Source: a virus
Taxonomy: Duplodnaviria > Heunggongvirae > Uroviricota > Caudoviricetes
DNA length: 64,000 bases
Virus record (IMG/VR): IMGVR_UViG_3300048590_001376
Strand: one strand, 5' to 3'
Part shown: positions 1 through 9,295 of the stretch, piece after piece
Layout of the letters: each line of letters starts with the position of its first letter
Numbering within the stretch: position 1 is the first letter of the stretch
Notes under the pieces: generated by a model
Databases searched by the model: none
Seen by the model: the letters and a program-made list of their open reading frames with translations, nothing else
Told to the model about the DNA's origin: nothing
Position numbers and translations under genes: made by a program

Positions 1-885
1 GTAGGTGCTCAACTCGGCAGACGGAGTTACGCCGAGAATGCTTAGCAGGAACAATTGGGTCGTATTGCATGGCACCTTCACGTAACATTGCCTGGGCCTC
101 ATAAATCCAGGCTGGTGCAATACGTCGTATTGAGAATGGTCTGGCGGTTGCTCTAAGACGCGTTCACAGAGTCCTTGGAAGAGCGATCGATGATAAACGT
201 GTGTCAACACGTCAACCTTCCATCGCGGACGAAAGCGAGCCAGGTGCATGAGCGCCGAGCGAAAGCACATCGAATCGCCCAGCCCCTTAAGGATCGTTAG
301 GCACACCGTTCTCTCGGTGAGGTCTACGGCTGTCTCCGATGGCGCTGACTCAAATGGCGCTGGCTCGCGCGTTACCAGCTTGATCCGGCAATCCTCCAGC
401 GGCTCCGACTGGTCTTCGTCGCCTGCGCTTTCTGCCGCCAGTTCAATCGCTGGCCAGTGTCCTAGCGGGCAGTCGCTCTTGCCGTCGTTCTGCACGAGTC
501 CTGCTTTGAGCGCGACGACGCACTTGCACTTGCCGCACCGCTCGACCATCCCCAACGTGACCACCAGCTGTCCGCTGGGGCACTTTCCATGCGGGCCGGA
601 GCGACAGATCGCCCGCCGCTCCTCGTACTGCTCTTGCGTCGTGGTCTTAAAGCCGCGTGCGGTCCAATAGGCGATTGATTTAGCGAAACCCCATGCCGTC
701 TCAAACAATTTGACGACGCGATTATCGCACGGCTCGCCGCACGGCTTTTTTTTGTCCGTCGTGGTCTCGGGGAGAGATGGGGTACTGCCGCAGCGACAAC
801 GAATACTCGATAGATCGACCGGAGAGCGGCGGCGCGACCCGCATGTGTCGCACTGATACCAGTCGTCCTGTAGGTGTCTATACAT
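1..885 (-). CDS. Partial CDS running off the window start. Cys-rich N-terminal region (CDTCGS, CRCGS, CGEPC, CGKCKC), then a region resembling the N-terminal domain of a GT9 heptosyltransferase (LKGLGDSM...DVLT...SLFQGL).
   Basis: Manual translation of the minus strand shows no stop from 885 down to 1. An ATG at 883-885 sits immediately after the TGA of ORF 901..1818, in the same frame. The partial ORF is absent from the ORF track. Confidence 0.4.
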   Translation of the reverse strand, partial: MYRHLQDDWYQCDTCGSRRRSPVDLSSIRCRCGSTPSLPETTTDKKKPCGEPCDNRVVKLFETAWGFAKSIAYWTARGFKTTTQEQYEERRAICRSGPHGKCPSGQLVVTLGMVERCGKCKCVVALKAGLVQNDGKSDCPLGHWPAIELAAESAGDEDQSEPLEDCRIKLVTREPAPFESAPSETAVDLTERTVCLTILKGLGDSMCFRSALMHLARFRPRWKVDVLTHVYHRSLFQGLCERVLEQPPDHSQYDVLHQPGFMRPRQCYVKVPCNTTQLFLLSILGVTPSAELSTY

Positions 886-900
886 GTCACAATTACTGTC

Positions 901-1818
901 TCAGGCGTTTTGAAAGCTGATCTCGTCAGGAAACGTGCAATCAAAGGTGTCTGAGACACTCTCGGACACCTTGGCGAGCGTCAGTGTCGCCGTGCCAGCG
1001 CATTGTTGCTGGGTGATATTGTCAAGCTCATAAACCACCCATGTCCGCGGGCAGTCCGCCACGCCGACGAGTGACGCCCGAACCAGGCACGTTCCGGGGT
1101 TCGTGCCCGCCAGTTGTTCAACGACCCAGCTCATCAGGCCCACTACTTCTAGAAAGCTATCGCACGTATTACAGATGTCGCATACCTCGCAATCCCGATT
1201 AGGCCCGATGACGTAAAACGACGCCGACTCCAAGTGGCAGGTGCCCAGCAGTAAAAAATCATCCCATAGAATGGCCGTCAGAGGCACCGTGCCGTCTGGG
1301 TCAGCCAGACTAGCGCAGCATTGGCCGCCCGGATTGACGACCAGCATAGATCGCGCACAGCAGCAGGAAGTGCAGAGTTGGCCGGGGTCTGTGATAGTCC
1401 AGGTGCCGTGCATCTCGTCGGTATCCCAGCAATCGGGGTGCAGGGACGGCACGTCAAACACGGCGCTAAACTCGCCGGTAGTACAATCGACCGTCGCCTG
1501 GAAGTCTGTCGGACGATTCTGGAAAGCATCGCGACAGTAGATGCGGAGCGTCCAGGTCGAAACCTGCAAGTCGCCCACGCAATTCGGGCCGAACTCGACG
1601 CGCGAGACTCTCCCCAGTGGATGACCAGAGTCACTGACGTAGAGGACGTAGCCGATCCAGGCGCCGTACTCGCCCCAAGATCGATCGTAGCGCAGGATGT
1701 GCCGCTTGCCGTTGGGTGCGGTGGCAATCAGGTATTGACTAAGCGGGATATAACAACAGGGTAGCTCAATCATCTCGCATGGGTTGCAGCAACAACCATA
1801 GCTTTGCAGTCCGCTCAT
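901..1818 (-). CDS. Cys-rich hypothetical protein, probably a tail-tip or baseplate-associated structural protein.
   Basis: 305-aa ORF with CCC/CC motifs. It lies distal to the tape measure and distal tail genes in the late operon. Confidence 0.45.
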   Translation of the reverse strand: MSGLQSYGCCCNPCEMIELPCCYIPLSQYLIATAPNGKRHILRYDRSWGEYGAWIGYVLYVSDSGHPLGRVSRVEFGPNCVGDLQVSTWTLRIYCRDAFQNRPTDFQATVDCTTGEFSAVFDVPSLHPDCWDTDEMHGTWTITDPGQLCTSCCCARSMLVVNPGGQCCASLADPDGTVPLTAILWDDFLLLGTCHLESASFYVIGPNRDCEVCDICNTCDSFLEVVGLMSWVVEQLAGTNPGTCLVRASLVGVADCPRTWVVYELDNITQQQCAGTATLTLAKVSESVSDTFDCTFPDEISFQNA

Positions 1819-1821
1819 CGG

Positions 1822-2775
1822 CTACTCCGGGCAGCACGCCGACCACACTTCGTAGTGGCGATTAGTGGCGTTGAAGATAGCTCGAAACTCGACGCCGTAA
1901 GCGGCCTCCAGGCAGCCCAGGGGATAGAGCGTGATCTTTCCTGTGTTGGTCCCCATGTCCGATCGTGGCCACTCGCCGTCGTGGCCGGTGACGTTCTCGG
2001 CTTCGACCTCCCATTGGTCGCCCAGTAGCGTGCCGGTGATGTACCGATACCATGTCCCCACGGAAATGACCGTATAAACTTGCAGCTCACTGAATATGTC
2101 GCCCGATCCGACTTGCCCGTCGTCGGTAAGATTGGCTTTTAGTGCAAACCCAAAACAAGCGTTCCCCTTGGGGTCGCCGCCGTCATCTCCAGAGGGAGCT
2201 GTTTCGCCGCGCGCGAACCATTTTCGCTCATCGTCCTGCACGATGATCTGCGGGCCGGGCTTGGTGAGCAATGTCGCCGGATCCACGATCCGGGCGTTGG
2301 CAGCCATGCCTCGGAATAATTCTTCTTCCGGGCGAAACATGACGACTGTAGTGCCCTGGCCGCCAGTGATAATCTCCCAGCGACTAGACTGATAGTTGAA
2401 TTTGGCGTGTACGCGATCCAGTCTGCCCGGACTGGCATCATTGTTCTCTTTGTCTTGAGGGTGATAGAGGCGATATTCCGTCTGGTCGCTCTGGTCAACG
2501 TTATATGTATTCGAGTCGGGATCGAGGACGAGTCGCTTCGCCAGTGCGCTACGCACGTCGTCGCTGCCGTCGATCGCCAAGTCTTCAGTCAGCTCGAACA
2601 GCAAGACTTTTTCGCGATAGCCATCCAGGATGCGCTTGCCGGCGCCATTGTGAAGCATGCCGAGCTTTGGACTGACCGTGGCGTCGTCCACGATGCCCAG
2701 CGCGCGGTTGTAGGCATTCAGCCGATCGGCCGTTATCGAATCGCCTTTAACCCACTTTTTGATGTCTTCAATCAT
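1822..2775 (-). CDS. Tail protein (Tal-like or tail-associated), product unknown.
   Basis: 317-aa ORF directly downstream of the Dit-like gene, with a 4-nt overlap (2772-2775). Confidence 0.45.
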   Translation of the reverse strand: MIEDIKKWVKGDSITADRLNAYNRALGIVDDATVSPKLGMLHNGAGKRILDGYREKVLLFELTEDLAIDGSDDVRSALAKRLVLDPDSNTYNVDQSDQTEYRLYHPQDKENNDASPGRLDRVHAKFNYQSSRWEIITGGQGTTVVMFRPEEELFRGMAANARIVDPATLLTKPGPQIIVQDDERKWFARGETAPSGDDGGDPKGNACFGFALKANLTDDGQVGSGDIFSELQVYTVISVGTWYRYITGTLLGDQWEVEAENVTGHDGEWPRSDMGTNTGKITLYPLGCLEAAYGVEFRAIFNATNRHYEVWSACCPE

Positions 2776-3560
2776 GCGACCATCGCGCTGAACGCTCCGG
2801 AGTTATAGATAGGGTCGCCGTTGACCAGTTGCAGTCGCTCCCACGTTCCAGTGTTGGGCCTCAAAAAGTAGTTCCAATTCAACGCTGTGTTGCCGTTGAT
2901 AAACCGCTCCTGGAATTTCATGCTAACCGTCCACGGCATACTGCCACCGGCAGTGACCTCCTGATTCAGCTCGGCGCCAATGAATAACAGCGTCTCGATC
3001 GCAGCGCCTTCGAACGCAACGCTGTTCACCTTGCCGATCAAGCTCCTGATCGCCGAATACCTGGGCGTCGGAACGCGATGGGCGGTGATGGAGTGCTCCA
3101 GCGAAGTGAGAACCTTGCCGGCAGATAAATCCTCGCCAGTCACCAGATTGTCTGAACCGCCACCGGCCCATCGCAGAGCACGCGCTGGCAGAGTCATAAA
3201 CTCGCCACTAATCGAAATCTGTCGCGTCAGAATGTTCGATCCGTTGTGCTCATACGTCTTCGTCTTGTAGTCGACTGTCGCTAGTGCGTTTTGGTAGACG
3301 GATGGGTAGGCTGATCCGTCGAACTCACCGCCTGTGGTGCCACACAGAGGCTCGAAAAACACGCTGTCGGCATAAAGAACCGAACTGCCGGTCAGTAGCT
3401 CCGGAAGCTGCGGGACGCCTGCGATCGCCAAGGGAAACAGCTCGATATACAGCGGATCGATGTCATCCCAATCGATAATAAACTTCGTGGTGGCCGTCAG
3501 CTCGGCCATGGAGCCACGATACTGCGGCCAGCCTGGAACTTGATCGCGGACGACAGCCAT
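2772..3560 (-). CDS. Distal tail protein-like (Dit-like).
   Basis: 262-aa ORF immediately after the tape measure gene, with start and stop sharing 1 nt at 3560. This is the canonical siphovirus position for Dit. Confidence 0.45.
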   Translation of the reverse strand: MAVVRDQVPGWPQYRGSMAELTATTKFIIDWDDIDPLYIELFPLAIAGVPQLPELLTGSSVLYADSVFFEPLCGTTGGEFDGSAYPSVYQNALATVDYKTKTYEHNGSNILTRQISISGEFMTLPARALRWAGGGSDNLVTGEDLSAGKVLTSLEHSITAHRVPTPRYSAIRSLIGKVNSVAFEGAAIETLLFIGAELNQEVTAGGSMPWTVSMKFQERFINGNTALNWNYFLRPNTGTWERLQLVNGDPIYNSGAFSAMVA

Positions 3561-5980
3561 TACGCCACCCTCGCACCCATGTTCATTACGTTGTCTGCCG
3601 TCTTCTGTGTGTTGGCCGCGATGCCACCGAGCCTGTCGAGCTGCTGTTTGCCAACATTCTCGATCGACTTCATGGCTCGCACTTCCGGGCTCGCCTTACT
3701 GGCGGCAAACAGAGATTGCTGGATCGACTTTGATCGCTGCACTAGCCCTTCGTAGCCGACCTTGCCCTTCGGCTTGCGTGACAGCGCGCTAGGCGGCGGG
3801 ATGCCTGCCCGCGGCCGCGACCGCAACGGCTCGTCGGGGATGTCCTCGCCACGAATGTTTTGCAGTTTCGCATCCAGGCCGCCATCCGATTCGCCGGCTG
3901 CCTTGGCTGCTGCGCTGGCCTTCTTCGCCCATTCGGTGGCTGGATCGGTTAGCGGCGTGCGCACAAACGGCAAGCCAGCGGTCGCGGGTGTGCCGCCCGT
4001 TGGTGCATTTCCTTCGAGCGTCATATTGGCGTCACGCTCTTTACGCATCTGCTCCTGCACTTTGGCAATCTGCTGCTCGATCGTCGCCGCCTCACGATCG
4101 GAGTCGATCTTGGCTTGCTGGCCAAAGCTCTTGGTCGCCTGAGAGCCGCTTTCCAGCAAGCCGGCGATGCCTTGGGTAATCATTCCCTCTTCGACTTTGG
4201 TGGTAAGGCCAAAACCCTTGTCCATAATCTCATTGTCGCTCATGCTGTTAATTTTTTCACGTTCAGCCTTGAGCTTCTTCATGCGCCGGCTCGACTCGTT
4301 GATTGCGTTATCCAGCTCCTCTGTTGTGTACTCGTGCCCCTTTTCATCAGTCACTTTGCCGCCCTGTTTTCTGGCGGTTTCAGCCAGTCCGATGTATCGA
4401 TTGCGCAGCCGCTCCTGCTGCTCGGTTTGCTGGCGATTCAGACCGAGCATCCGCGACCGTCTGGCATTCGGATTCTCTTCGTCCTTCCCGCTGATTGCAT
4501 CCGCCGCGGCATTCCAGGCTTTCTCCATCAGAACCGGCACTTCCGCCACGAACGCGCCGAGCATGCCCTTCATCTTCTCGATCGCCAGCTTGACGTGCAG
4601 GACCATCAACTCCCACGTCAACTGCCAGTTGGTGCTAAGCAGGCTAAACTGGTTGAGCAGGCCGGTGACGCCCTTGAATGCGGCATCAACAGCGGTGTTC
4701 ACCGGATCCATCGAGAAGCCGTCCACGATCTTGCTGATCACGGTCGCCACAGACTCGAATACCTGACTGGCCGTGCGCTTCAGGTTGTTCCAGATGTTCA
4801 CGACGTAGACCCACCAAGTCGACCACTCCTCCCGGTTGCGAGCGATCAATTGAGTGATCCACTCCCAGGTCGATGCAGCGGTTTCGGCGATGTAGTTCCA
4901 GGCGCCTGCCGCGACATTCTGAATCTCTTCGTAGGTCGGAATGTACTCGGTGACGAAAGCGATGCCTTGCGCCAGAATCGGGTACATGGCATTCCAGGCC
5001 GCCAAAGCGGCGTTCTTCGACCGCTCCCAAGCGGCGGCAACCCACTGCTGAATCGCCTGTCCGTACTGGGCGACAAACTGGGTGCCACGGTGGATCATCG
5101 TTTCCGCGTAAGTGAAAAAGCTGACCAGGGCCGCCCTGATTGTCTTAACGGCGCTGACAACGGCATCGGAGTTGATGAAATCGAGGAAGTCCTTCGCGCG
5201 ATTCTTGGCGAAGCCGAAGATCGGCCCGCCCAGCTCGCGCTTGATCTGGGACATGCGGTCCTGGATGTTCGACTGAATGCCGGCGAACGTCTTCGACTGC
5301 TCGCTCATCATGCCGCCGTACTTTTTGCGCAGGCCAGCGAAGAAAGTCTCCAGGATGGCGTCGATCTGCATCGTGCCGCCTTGGACTTGCTTCTTCACCT
5401 CCGGCACGCTCTTGCCCATCTGCTCGGCCATGATCGCCCAGAACGGGATGCCAGCATTAGAGAGCTGGAGCACTTCTTGCCCCATGACCTTGCCAGCGTC
5501 CTTCATCTGCTTGACGGCGTAGATGATGCGTTCCATGGCCACGTTAGGACCAAGCGAACTGGACGAGGCCGCCCCGCCCAAGGCTTCCATGATCGAGTTT
5601 TCGCCGACCATCTTCGCCGGGTCGAAGCCGGCCTGGATGAGCTGCTGCACGCCTGGAAACAGGGTTTCCAGCGTGAACGGCGTTTTGATCGCGTACTTCT
5701 CGATTTCGCGCATCATCGCGCGGGCCTGGCCGGCGCTGCCCATCACGACTTTCATGCTGGCCGCGAAGCCCTCGAACTGAGCATTCGTGCGAATCAGCTC
5801 ATTACCCAGCGAACGAATGTCCGTGACCAGCCCGCTAAAGCTGGTCGGCAAGTTGACCGCGGCCAGCATGGAGCCCATCGTGGACTCGACCGCATTGCGA
5901 ATGCGGCCCATGTCACGCTTGATGTTCTCCTGGATGCTCACCAGGATCGATGCTTCGCCGAGCCTTGTGTCGTATCCCAC
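3560..5980 (-). CDS. Tail tape measure protein.
   Basis: 806-aa ORF with a TP901/TIGR01760-like core (AGIPFWAIMAEQMGKSVPEVKKQVQGG), coiled-coil-rich and Ala/Gln-rich segments. Its size and its position after the chaperone pair fit a tape measure. Confidence 0.85.
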   Translation of the reverse strand: MGYDTRLGEASILVSIQENIKRDMGRIRNAVESTMGSMLAAVNLPTSFSGLVTDIRSLGNELIRTNAQFEGFAASMKVVMGSAGQARAMMREIEKYAIKTPFTLETLFPGVQQLIQAGFDPAKMVGENSIMEALGGAASSSSLGPNVAMERIIYAVKQMKDAGKVMGQEVLQLSNAGIPFWAIMAEQMGKSVPEVKKQVQGGTMQIDAILETFFAGLRKKYGGMMSEQSKTFAGIQSNIQDRMSQIKRELGGPIFGFAKNRAKDFLDFINSDAVVSAVKTIRAALVSFFTYAETMIHRGTQFVAQYGQAIQQWVAAAWERSKNAALAAWNAMYPILAQGIAFVTEYIPTYEEIQNVAAGAWNYIAETAASTWEWITQLIARNREEWSTWWVYVVNIWNNLKRTASQVFESVATVISKIVDGFSMDPVNTAVDAAFKGVTGLLNQFSLLSTNWQLTWELMVLHVKLAIEKMKGMLGAFVAEVPVLMEKAWNAAADAISGKDEENPNARRSRMLGLNRQQTEQQERLRNRYIGLAETARKQGGKVTDEKGHEYTTEELDNAINESSRRMKKLKAEREKINSMSDNEIMDKGFGLTTKVEEGMITQGIAGLLESGSQATKSFGQQAKIDSDREAATIEQQIAKVQEQMRKERDANMTLEGNAPTGGTPATAGLPFVRTPLTDPATEWAKKASAAAKAAGESDGGLDAKLQNIRGEDIPDEPLRSRPRAGIPPPSALSRKPKGKVGYEGLVQRSKSIQQSLFAASKASPEVRAMKSIENVGKQQLDRLGGIAANTQKTADNVMNMGARVA

Positions 5981-6292
5981 TTAATGAGCCTTTCGCGACT
6001 GCTGGGACCGCTGATAACGCTGGGTGACAGTAGACGGCCTCCGCGTCGGCGGCGGCTTATTGCCTTGCTTTTTCTGCTGAAAATCAGCGGCTTCTGCGCG
6101 GCTCATTTTCTGGGTGCGACTACTCCCCTTGATCGGCTTGCCAGGGAACATGGGAACGTTGATCTTGTCCGGCTCCATCGTGAAGATGATGAGCTGGTAG
6201 GGCGTCCAAAGTCTGACTTCCTGGATCGTCTTGCCGTGGCCGCCAAAGTCCGGCGCCATGCAAGCGATCGCGACTAGGTGTGGCCAGTTCAC
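5981..6292 (-). CDS. Tail assembly chaperone, downstream ORF (possible T-part of a G/GT pair).
   Basis: 103-aa ORF overlapping the upstream 170-aa ORF by ATGA in a shifted frame, immediately before the tape measure. A frameshift fusion is possible but unverified. Confidence 0.35.
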   Translation of the reverse strand: MNWPHLVAIACMAPDFGGHGKTIQEVRLWTPYQLIIFTMEPDKINVPMFPGKPIKGSSRTQKMSRAEAADFQQKKQGNKPPPTRRPSTVTQRYQRSQQSRKAH

Positions 6293-6801
6293 CCGGCTGC
6301 CGGAACCGCCTCGATCGGCTGATTCGTCGGCGGCGTCGGTGACTGGCCAGAGGAGTTTCCCACCGCATCCAGTCCGTTGATCTGTTGCTGCTTGTCGCGC
6401 AGGTCGCGAAACTCGGCAGTGTTTTTCGATCCCTCTTCGACGATGTATTCCTTCACGGCGGCGAACGTGAACCGTCCGGGATACACCCGCTCCAGCGGCG
6501 TCCAGACGCTCATGGCCATTCCCTCGATGTCATGCTCGATAAAGCGAAGCACGACATCCGGGTCGATCGCAAACGCCTCGGCGGCCGACTTGACGGCCTG
6601 TTCCCAGCGACGATCTTGTTCGGCGGGCGGGAAGTAATGCAGTGACTTGGCGGCCAATTCCAGCGGATTCGCCCGCCGGCTGTTCATCCAGTGGCCAATC
6701 GTCGCAATGTCATCCATGACCATTGGCGGCATTACGACTGTCTGTCCAGCAATGGTGACGGGCACTCCCGCGCCGAGTGCCAAACCTAAAGCAGTGCTCA
6801 C
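6289..6801 (-). CDS. Tail assembly chaperone (gpG-like).
   Basis: 170-aa acidic ORF between the major tail protein and the tape measure. Confidence 0.4.
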   Translation of the reverse strand: MSTALGLALGAGVPVTIAGQTVVMPPMVMDDIATIGHWMNSRRANPLELAAKSLHYFPPAEQDRRWEQAVKSAAEAFAIDPDVVLRFIEHDIEGMAMSVWTPLERVYPGRFTFAAVKEYIVEEGSKNTAEFRDLRDKQQQINGLDAVGNSSGQSPTPPTNQPIEAVPAAG

Positions 6802-6852
6802 TAAGCCCTCCAGGTGAGTTGTGGACTCACTTCACGCCAAACGAGACGGCGA

Positions 6853-7236
6853 TCAGGTGTCGGTCCAGGCCAGATGCGAAGTCCAGGTGGCTTCCCAACC
6901 AACGATATCTCCGGTGTCGATGTCAACCTCGAAGCTGAGGCCGTCGATCTTGCAGGGGTAGCTGGTGGATTTACTGGCGGTCAGGTACTTGGACAGCGTG
7001 ACCGCATCGCCGTCATCCATGTGATCCGTGATCGGATCAAGGGGGTCGTATTTGCCGCGGACGGTTCCACTGGCTCGCTTGGTTCCCACGACCGCAGCCT
7101 GGAAGCCGTCCGTCGTGTTCGCCGCGTAGGTGTGGACTTCGGGTTTTCGATCCACGTCGAAGCCAGTGACTTCGACGATTTCAGACGAACCAATTTTGAC
7201 TGTCGAACCAGTTGAGGAAACGGCTCCAGATGACAT
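6853..7236 (-). CDS. Major tail (tube) protein, small type.
   Basis: 127-aa ORF in the canonical position upstream of the chaperones; beta-rich and Thr/Gly-rich. Confidence 0.4.
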   Translation of the reverse strand: MSSGAVSSTGSTVKIGSSEIVEVTGFDVDRKPEVHTYAANTTDGFQAAVVGTKRASGTVRGKYDPLDPITDHMDDGDAVTLSKYLTASKSTSYPCKIDGLSFEVDIDTGDIVGWEATWTSHLAWTDT

Positions 7237-7310
7237 GCCGCGAACTCCTTTGTTTCAAGAGGAAATTCGCGAGCGTGAAACGGCCCCCACGTCGTTGGTT
7301 GTTCGAGTTG

Positions 7311-7739
7311 TTATCGCCCGGTCAGCGCCTTGCGCCGGACGACGAGGTATTCAATGGCTGCTCGCCCTACCTTTTTGTCGTCGATCGTCATTTCTTCGGC
7401 TTGCCTACGCTTGCTGGTCATCGAGCCGTTGGCGATCGTCAAGACCGCCGCGTCAATGACGCTGGCGGCCTCGGCCATGGCAGCGCCAGCCTGCTCGATT
7501 GTCTCGTGGTAAAAGTGGACCTTGAATTCATGCCGCCAGTATTCCGACGACGTAGTTGTCAGTGTTCGCCGGTTGTCGATGCTCTCGAACACGGCGTAAG
7601 GGAAGGTTACTTCCGAGCCATCGGTGTTCTGTTTGGGGCGCTCCCCAAAAAACGGCCCGTCGATGTCCGACAGTCCGCTCACGTCGTCCCAAGCTACTTT
7701 GACGGCTGCAAAAACGTCAAGGGATGATGTATCGGGCAT
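7311..7739 (-). CDS. Tail terminator / tail completion protein (DUF3168-like).
   Basis: 142 aa. The N-terminal pattern (LDVFAAVKVAW...TFPYAVFE) resembles the DUF3168 family. Neck position. Confidence 0.4.
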   Translation of the reverse strand: MPDTSSLDVFAAVKVAWDDVSGLSDIDGPFFGERPKQNTDGSEVTFPYAVFESIDNRRTLTTTSSEYWRHEFKVHFYHETIEQAGAAMAEAASVIDAAVLTIANGSMTSKRRQAEEMTIDDKKVGRAAIEYLVVRRKALTGR

Positions 7740-8135
7740 TTAGCGTCGCCTCCGGCCAAAGCAGCCCATAATCTGGCCAGCGGCCATGAACAGCGAGCGG
7801 GTCAGGAATGGCCGCGTTTTCTCGACAAACGGCGCGTGCTTGGCGTCGGCGTACAGCGACAACGTGAGCTTGGAGCGGTTGACGGTGTATCGCGTGCGGC
7901 GTTGCAGCTCGCCGGTACGGCGGTGCGGAAACTCGCCGGGCATGCTGGCGGGCGGGAACGGCGTCGACAGATTCTTGCGAAGCTGGCGTAAGGCGACCTT
8001 CCCCGCGTCGTCAAGCCGATTGGCAATCTCACGGCGAATCAGGTATTCCGCCGGACGGAGCTTCCAGTAAAACTTGGCCGCGAAGGATAAAAGGGTAAGT
8101 CCAGTTGAATTGACCCCGATCTGCGATTTAGCCAT
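7740..8135 (-). CDS. HK97 gp10-like tail-component / neck protein.
   Basis: 131 aa from the internal ATG at 8133-8135. The Arg-rich N-terminal extension listed in the ORF track is rejected. Contains a PGEFPHRRTGELQRRTRY...YADAKHAPFVE motif typical of the gp10 family. Overlaps the upstream gene by 8 nt. Confidence 0.5.
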   Translation of the reverse strand: MAKSQIGVNSTGLTLLSFAAKFYWKLRPAEYLIRREIANRLDDAGKVALRQLRKNLSTPFPPASMPGEFPHRRTGELQRRTRYTVNRSKLTLSLYADAKHAPFVEKTRPFLTRSLFMAAGQIMGCFGRRRR

Positions 8136-8529
8136 TAGCCGCCTCCAGCCGTCCCTTGTCCTCTTCGAATTCCGCGATCCACAACATCGGGGTCGCCACG
8201 CCGGGCCGGCCTTCGTCGTAAGCCCCCAGCAATCGCAAAACGTGGACGGTGCCCGCGGCATCGGTCCAAGTGAAGTGTGAATCGTACTCCAGCGATGGAT
8301 TCGAAGAAAAGAATGCCATGTGCGTCGCGCGCTGGTCGCGAGCCTTGAAGCCCAGCGATTCGGACGCCGAGACAGTCTGCATGAGACAGGTTTTGTTGCT
8401 GGCGGTCCCTGGCGTGTACGCCACGCCCATCGCCGAGCCGACCGAGACGGCGATCGGCTTTTCAACGAGCGTGTGACCAGTGCAGAGTGATGCGATGCTC
8501 ATGTCGGTTAGCCGAACAATCGGCCCCAA
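8128..8529 (-). CDS. Head-tail joining / head closure protein.
   Basis: 133-aa ORF between the connector and the gp10-like gene. Alternative start at 8502. Confidence 0.4.
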   Translation of the reverse strand: MGPIVRLTDMSIASLCTGHTLVEKPIAVSVGSAMGVAYTPGTASNKTCLMQTVSASESLGFKARDQRATHMAFFSSNPSLEYDSHFTWTDAAGTVHVLRLLGAYDEGRPGVATPMLWIAEFEEDKGRLEAANG

Positions 8530-9284
8530 TCCCGGTAGTGTTCTAGAATGTGTTGTGATTCAGGGCAGATCAGTTGCGGAGCGCCTAGCGAGGAAAGGTT
8601 CGTGGCATACGAGCCCGACCATTTGCCGATCGACTCCGAAGTCAGCGGCCCGGCTCCCTGGTTCTGTGCTCCATGCTTGACCTTCCAGAACTCGGTGGCG
8701 ATCGACTTGATTACAGCCAGCCGAATGTCTTCGGCCCACTCCATGAGCTGATCCGCATCCCAACCGCCGTAATAGAGCACTTTCACGCTGCGCGGTTCGC
8801 GCGGCCAGTAGCCGCTGCGAAACAGCACGCCGGAGTGGCAGATTTTCGTGCCAACATCGCCTGACACGTCATACTCGCTGTCGGTGTCTGGCCAGTAGTC
8901 ACTGCCAAACGTCAGCAGGCTCGATGCCGGAAAGGCACTGCTGGGGTGGTGGCCGGCGTTGGCGCCAGTGTCCTCGTAGACTTCCATGCCCGTTGAAATG
9001 ACGGGCGCATGCGTGAGCTGCAAACGGTCGCTGCCGGCGACGCCCATACTGGCGACCGCGCGGCCGTTCTCGTACTCGAAATCAGCCAGGCGGTTGTCGA
9101 GTTTCAGGTCATCGCCAACTGGCAGATATTCGACATGCCGGCGACGGCCAAGCTCTTTTTGGATGTAGTTTTGCAGCGCACGCTCTACTGGGCGGTGGAT
9201 CAGTGAAATCAGCTCACGCTCTGCTTCCGTGACAGACGTGCTCTTGCCAATATAAATCAGAATTTCGTCGATCGTGACGAGCAT
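8508..9284 (-). CDS. Head-tail connector (gp6-like DNA-packaging QLRG-type N-terminus).
   Basis: 258 aa. The N-terminus (MLVTIDEILIYIGK...ERELISLIHRPVERALQNYI) resembles the phage gp6-like head-tail connector family. Confidence 0.45.
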   Translation of the reverse strand: MLVTIDEILIYIGKSTSVTEAERELISLIHRPVERALQNYIQKELGRRRHVEYLPVGDDLKLDNRLADFEYENGRAVASMGVAGSDRLQLTHAPVISTGMEVYEDTGANAGHHPSSAFPASSLLTFGSDYWPDTDSEYDVSGDVGTKICHSGVLFRSGYWPREPRSVKVLYYGGWDADQLMEWAEDIRLAVIKSIATEFWKVKHGAQNQGAGPLTSESIGKWSGSYATNLSSLGAPQLICPESQHILEHYRDWGRLFG

Positions 9285-9295
9285 GAATTCACCGC

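Noticed and set aside
248-959. ORFs 248..670 (+) and 462..959 (-)
   Set aside because: Both are Ser/Arg/Ala-rich and overlap the better-supported, unlisted partial minus-strand ORF 1..885, which has Cys clusters and a GT9-like region.
4115-6277. 720-aa plus-strand ORF
   Set aside because: It lies entirely antisense to the tape measure gene. In high-GC DNA, long stop-free antisense frames are expected. It has no recognisable domain and Arg/Leu/His-rich junk composition.
8136-8465. N-terminal 110 aa of ORF 7740..8465
   Set aside because: The Arg/Ser/Trp-rich extension overlaps the 133-aa gene 8128..8529. The real start is the internal ATG at 8133-8135, which yields a clean gp10-like protein with an 8-nt overlap.
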